DNA of 32,000 nt from contig LT962688.1 of the NCBI GenBank assembly GCA_900234795.1, positions 3,300,001 through 3,332,000 on the forward strand, given 5' to 3'. The notes below the pieces were generated by a model. It had not been told where the DNA came from, made no database searches, and was given only the letters and a program-made list of their open reading frames with translations. Position numbers and translations under genes: made by a program. Shown piece by piece: positions 28,239 through 32,000 of the stretch (position 1 is the stretch's first letter; each line of letters opens with the position of its first letter). This stretch comes from Methylorubrum extorquens (GTDB lineage Bacteria; Pseudomonadota; Alphaproteobacteria; Rhizobiales; Beijerinckiaceae).

Positions 28239-28300
28239 GGATTGGCCGGAGGAGCGAATCTGATCCACCAACCGGCTGACCCCATTCGCCGAACAGGCGA

Positions 28301-28693
28301 TCAGCCGGCGGTGCAGTTCGCCTCGAACAGCGCCTTCGCCCGCTCCATGGCCCGGAACGCCGCCATGGAGCCCGGGCTGCGCAGTTCCGGCCCCTCGGGC
28401 AGACGCCCGAGGAAGGGTTCGGACAGGTCCGCCACGAACGGCCGGGGCCCGGTATAGGCGCCCATGCGGTTGCGCAGATCGACCGTGCCGCACAAGGCCC
28501 CGGCCCGGCCGATCCGCAGGCCGGCCACCTTCGCCTCGGGGTCGCGCATCTGCCGCTCGATCAGGCTCAGCGCGGTCCGCGCCGCCTCCGCCCCGACACC
28601 GGCCTCCGAACCGTCCACGACGGTCTGGGCGCCCGCCGCACTTGCGCCGGACAGGATCAGGAGGGCCGCGAGGGCGGTCTTGCGCAGGCGCAT
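28301..28693 (-). CDS. Secreted hypothetical protein (130 aa, two Cys)
   Basis: Signal peptide MRLRKTALAALLILSGASAAGA-Q, high GC3, and a start 5 nt after the upstream stop. Confidence 0.7.
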   Translation of the reverse strand: MRLRKTALAALLILSGASAAGAQTVVDGSEAGVGAEAARTALSLIERQMRDPEAKVAGLRIGRAGALCGTVDLRNRMGAYTGPRPFVADLSEPFLGRLPEGPELRSPGSMAAFRAMERAKALFEANCTAG

Positions 28694-28698
28694 CGGGC

Positions 28699-29619
28699 TC
28701 AGCTTCCTTTGGCCACCACTTCGATGTCGCGGTCCATGCCGCTCTCCACCTTGAACTCGCGGGTGAAGACCTGCCCGTCATGGCGGGCGATCAGCACGTA
28801 ATCGCCCTCCGCCAGCGTGACGGACGGGAAGGCGCCGATCGCCTCGCGGATTGTATCGCCGCCCGGCGTCAGCACGCTGAAGGCGGTGCCGGCGAAGGCC
28901 TCGGAGCCGGGGGCGGCCACGAGCTTCAGGGTCACGGTCGCGGCGCGGTGGTTCATGGTCGCGTCGGTGACCTTGCCGTTCTCGACCCGGAGGTCGGCAC
29001 GCTGGATCGCGTTCGAATCGCCGTAGCTCGACACGACGTGGTAGGTGCCCTCGGGCAGACGCACGATCTCGCCGGCCTTGATGCCGCTGCGCACGAGGCG
29101 CCCTTCCGAATTCGTCCCGATCGGCACGTAGACCGAGAAGCCGAGTTGGTTGCCCGGAATTTTCTGGTCGCCGACCGCCCCCGACAGCTTGAGCGCGCCC
29201 GCGGCCACGCGGAGCTGATCCGTGTTGGCGGTGCCTGCCATGGTGATCCGCTTCGAGGCGCTGGCATAGCCGTAGGTCACGGTGGCGACGTAGGCGCCGG
29301 CCGCGAGCTTGAAGGTCGGGGCGGGATCGTTCGACCGGGCGACGATGGCCGGACGGGTACCGTCCCCGTTCTCGCCGTAGACGCGCCAGGTCAGGCCGGA
29401 GCGGATCGGCCCGTTCGCGCCAACGAAGACTGCCGAGAGCGTGAGGTCAGCCTCGCCCTCCGCCGCGGGCGGGGGCAGCACCGGCCCGGTGACGCCCGGC
29501 GAGGGCAGGCCCGGCCCGAACGGCGTCGGCGCCTGCGCGGCCGCGGGCGGGATCGCGAGGAGAGCAGCCAGGGCAAAGACCGAGGCGACGGTTCTGCAGC
29601 CTGCGGACCCGCGTCCCAT
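28699..29619 (-). CDS. Secreted protein with three ~80-aa internal repeats (beta-sandwich-like)
   Basis: An internal ATG at 29619 (SD GAGGGA) gives signal peptide ...LLAIPPAAAQA-P, then a Pro-rich linker. Three repeats share the L-x-G-x-Y-x-V/I pattern: KLAAGAYVATVTYG, RLPEGTYHVVSSYG and TLAEGDYVLIARHDG. Confidence 0.75.
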   Translation of the reverse strand: MGRGSAGCRTVASVFALAALLAIPPAAAQAPTPFGPGLPSPGVTGPVLPPPAAEGEADLTLSAVFVGANGPIRSGLTWRVYGENGDGTRPAIVARSNDPAPTFKLAAGAYVATVTYGYASASKRITMAGTANTDQLRVAAGALKLSGAVGDQKIPGNQLGFSVYVPIGTNSEGRLVRSGIKAGEIVRLPEGTYHVVSSYGDSNAIQRADLRVENGKVTDATMNHRAATVTLKLVAAPGSEAFAGTAFSVLTPGGDTIREAIGAFPSVTLAEGDYVLIARHDGQVFTREFKVESGMDRDIEVVAKGS

Positions 29620-29775
29620 CGTCCCTCGATCCTTCTGCCCGCGCCGTCCGGGGCCATGTTGGCCCTCGTTGCGCCCGTAGTGCACCTGCGCGCTCTTGAA
29701 ACCCGACCGTGGCGGCGGCATGGCGGTCGGCAAGTGAGTATCACCCATCCTTCAGCCTCTGCACGCGGATTGTCC

Positions 29776-30363
29776 ATGACCGAGATTCGAGACGCCGCGC
29801 AGGCCGGCACCCTCGATCTGCTGCGCACCCGCCGCTCGGTGCCGCCGATGCTGCTCGACGGGCCCGGCCCCACGGCGGAGGAGCTCGACGGCTGGCTCGC
29901 AATCGCGGCGCGGGTGCCCGATCACGGCAAGCTGAGCCCCTGGCGCTTCCTCGTGATCGAGGGCGAGGCGCGCGAGCGTGTGGGCGCGATCATCGAGCGG
30001 ACCTTCCTCGCCGACTTCCCCCAAGCCGACGAGAAGCGGCGGGCGCAGGAGCGGCAGCGCCTCGCCCACGCGCCGACGGTGGTAGGTGTCGTCTCCCGCG
30101 CCGGGCCCCACGTCAAAATTCCGGAATGGGAGCAGGTACTGTCGGTGGGCGCCGTCTGCATGAACCTCGTGGTCGCCGCCAACGCGGCGGGCTACGCCAC
30201 CGCCTGGCTCACCGAGTGGTTCGCCTATGACCGCCGGGTGCTCGATGCGCTCGGCCTCGACCCGGCCGAGCGCATCGCCGGCTTCATCCATATCGGCCGC
30301 GCCCGCGAGGTGCCCTCCGACCGGCCGCGGCCGGACCTCGCCCAGATCGTCACGCGGCTTTGA
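29776..30363 (+). CDS. Nitroreductase family protein
   Basis: Carries LDLLRTRRSVPP, PDHGKLSPWRF and GYATAWLTEW, typical of the NADH oxidase/flavin nitroreductase fold. Confidence 0.85.
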   Translation: MTEIRDAAQAGTLDLLRTRRSVPPMLLDGPGPTAEELDGWLAIAARVPDHGKLSPWRFLVIEGEARERVGAIIERTFLADFPQADEKRRAQERQRLAHAPTVVGVVSRAGPHVKIPEWEQVLSVGAVCMNLVVAANAAGYATAWLTEWFAYDRRVLDALGLDPAERIAGFIHIGRAREVPSDRPRPDLAQIVTRL

Positions 30364-30373
30364 GGCTGACCCC

Positions 30374-30979
30374 ATGTATTACGAGGCCGAGACGCCCAGC
30401 CTGCCGCACAACCCGCTGAAAGCCATCGTCGCCCCGCGTCCGATCGGCTGGATCAGCGCCATGGACCGGGCGGGGCGGGTGAACCTCGCGCCCTACTCGT
30501 TCTTCAACGCGGTCGGCGGCGAGCCCGACATGGTGATGTTCTCCTCCTCGGGCCGCAAGGACGCGATGACCTTCGCGGAAGAGGGCGGCGAGTTCGTGTG
30601 CAGCCTCGCCACCTTCGACCTGCGCGAGGCGGTCAACGCCACCTCGGCGCCGCTGGCACGGGGCGAGAGCGAGTTCGGCTTTGCCGGGTTGACCCCCGCG
30701 CCGTCGCGCCGCGTGCGCCCGCCCCGCGTCGCGGAATCGCCCGCGGCGATCGAGTGCAAGTGGCTTCAGACCGTGCCGCTGGTGCCGCTCGGCGGCGGTG
30801 AGCCGGCGAATTTCATGGTGATCGGGCAGGTGGTCTCGATCTACGTGGACGACCGCTTCGTGAAGGACGGCCGGGTCGATACCGGCGCCATGCGCCCGAT
30901 CCTGCGCGGCGGCTATTTCGACTACTTCACCACCGAGTCCGAGAACCGGTTCGAGCTGCGACGGCCGAAGGCCGGCTGA
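30374..30979 (+). CDS. Flavin reductase family protein (FMN-binding split barrel)
   Basis: Carries PRPIGWISAMDRAGRVNLAPYSFFNAV. It starts 10 nt after the nitroreductase stop, with SD GAGG. Confidence 0.88.
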   Translation: MYYEAETPSLPHNPLKAIVAPRPIGWISAMDRAGRVNLAPYSFFNAVGGEPDMVMFSSSGRKDAMTFAEEGGEFVCSLATFDLREAVNATSAPLARGESEFGFAGLTPAPSRRVRPPRVAESPAAIECKWLQTVPLVPLGGGEPANFMVIGQVVSIYVDDRFVKDGRVDTGAMRPILRGGYFDYFTTESENRFELRRPKAG

Positions 30980-31119
30980 GGGCGTGGGGTGAGGTCTCGA
31001 TCGGCGTGATCGCTGCTTGGTCTGCGGAACCCAGGAACCGAGGCCCCGGAACACGGCCGAGCGCCTGCGGTTGGTGACGCAGGACGGCAGCACGACCTGC
31101 CGCACGCGGGAGCGAATGC

Positions 31120-31383
31120 ATGATGGGACTGTCTGGACGCGGAATTCTCCTGGGTGCTGCGCTTCTCACCGGTCTCGCCGGCAGCGCTGCGGCGGCCGAG
31201 GACAAACGGGCCGCTTCCCCGTCCCCGGCAAAAGACCGGAATGAGGCCGCCCCCTCCACCGGCAGCGTGGGCGCGGGTGGACTGACCGGCTCGGGCGCCA
31301 CGAAGGACGGAGCCCGCACCGGCGCCTCGGATACGCCGCGCCCCGCCGGATCCTCGGCTCCGGCCGCCGGGACCGCCCGTTAG
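31120..31383 (+). CDS. Possible small secreted low-complexity (Ala/Gly/Ser/Pro) protein
   Basis: SD GGGAG precedes the ATG, and the signal peptide is GILLGAALLTGLAGSAAAA-E. GC3 is lower than in neighbouring genes, and overlapping antisense ORFs exist. Confidence 0.45.
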   Translation: MMGLSGRGILLGAALLTGLAGSAAAAEDKRAASPSPAKDRNEAAPSTGSVGAGGLTGSGATKDGARTGASDTPRPAGSSAPAAGTAR

Positions 31384-31411
31384 GCAGAGCGATCCCGGTC
31401 ACACCGATCGC

Positions 31412-32000
31412 CTATTGTGCGCGCCGGCCGAACGACACTGCGTAGGCCTGAACACGCGCATCGATGAGCGGATCGTCCGACACGTCGATACCGTCGGTGA
31501 GCGCGTTCGGCATGAACAGCAGCGCCTTCTCGGCCTCGGCGCTGTTCGGCACGACCTTGGTGACCGTCAGCGTGCCGAGGTCGAGGGTCTTCCGGCTCTC
31601 CGGCCACGGCTTCGTGGCGTCGTTGGTGAGATCGCCCGCCTCAGCCAGCTGCGCCAGCACCCGGAACTTCGCCGGCTCCTTCGCGACGCGCGGGCCGATC
31701 TCGTCCACGAGGTAGTTCGGCTCCCGCTTGGCCGCCTCCTCGGCGGACAGAATCTCCTCGCCCTGAACCGGGACGACCCGGAACCGGAACGGCTGCCGCT
31801 TGCCGTCCTTATCGACGAAAACGAAGGCGTTGACGCCGTTATAGGTCTGCCGGGCGAAGCTCGACGGGGTCTTGGCCGTGGAACCCGCCGTGGCGGCGGC
31901 CGGGTGCGTGGCGACGAAGCGCTCCAGTGCGGTGGGCTTCTTTGCGTCCGGCCCGCTCTCGGACACCGCCTTCAGCAGGTCGCGGAACTCCTCGCCGGTG
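31412..32000 (-). CDS. Catalase-related peroxidase (SrpA-like), C-terminal part (gene continues past the right edge)
   Basis: The frame is open to position 32000 (…TGEEFRDLLKAVSESGPDAKKP…). The C-terminal region ...FRFRVVP...TKPWPE...LLFMPNAL...DPLIDARVQAYAVSFGRR matches the catalase-related clade. Confidence 0.8.
   Translation of the reverse strand, partial: TGEEFRDLLKAVSESGPDAKKPTALERFVATHPAAATAGSTAKTPSSFARQTYNGVNAFVFVDKDGKRQPFRFRVVPVQGEEILSAEEAAKREPNYLVDEIGPRVAKEPAKFRVLAQLAEAGDLTNDATKPWPESRKTLDLGTLTVTKVVPNSAEAEKALLFMPNALTDGIDVSDDPLIDARVQAYAVSFGRRAQ

Overview
The window is very GC-rich, with third codon positions almost all G or C. The gene content looks alphaproteobacterial and Rhizobiales-like, possibly Methylobacterium or a relative; that assignment is inferred from gene content and synteny only. 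It reads as core chromosome. I support about 35 protein-coding genes. Housekeeping genes include clpB (5' part), argB, bioD, fpr, lspA, ileS, dctA and thrS. Others are a conserved pair of M16 peptidases, two divergent MOSC paralogues, a ROK kinase, a MocR-type regulator and a nitroreductase/flavin reductase pair. A catalase-related peroxidase runs off the right edge.

I found no tRNA, rRNA, CRISPR array, IS/transposase, integrase, phage genes or recognisable defence system. Because of the GC content the ORF track is full of long spurious antisense or alternate-frame ORFs. Several true genes start internally within the listed ORFs, often at GTG or TTG, and three pairs have 4-nt stop/start overlaps.

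Nothing here amounts to a clear novel system. The observations most worth a second look are:
- a family of 110-140 bp palindromic intergenic repeats (3 copies);
- a perfect CtrA-box (TTAA-N7-TTAAC) in front of a small orphan ORF;
- an unlisted 43-codon membrane ORF with a strong SD, divergent from the MocR regulator;
- a tight uncharacterised four-gene cluster (YoaK, WD40, small Cys protein, DUF2937);
- a two-gene secreted operon whose first product has three internal repeats;
- a ROK kinase translationally coupled to an unknown protein carrying a 33-bp tandem repeat.
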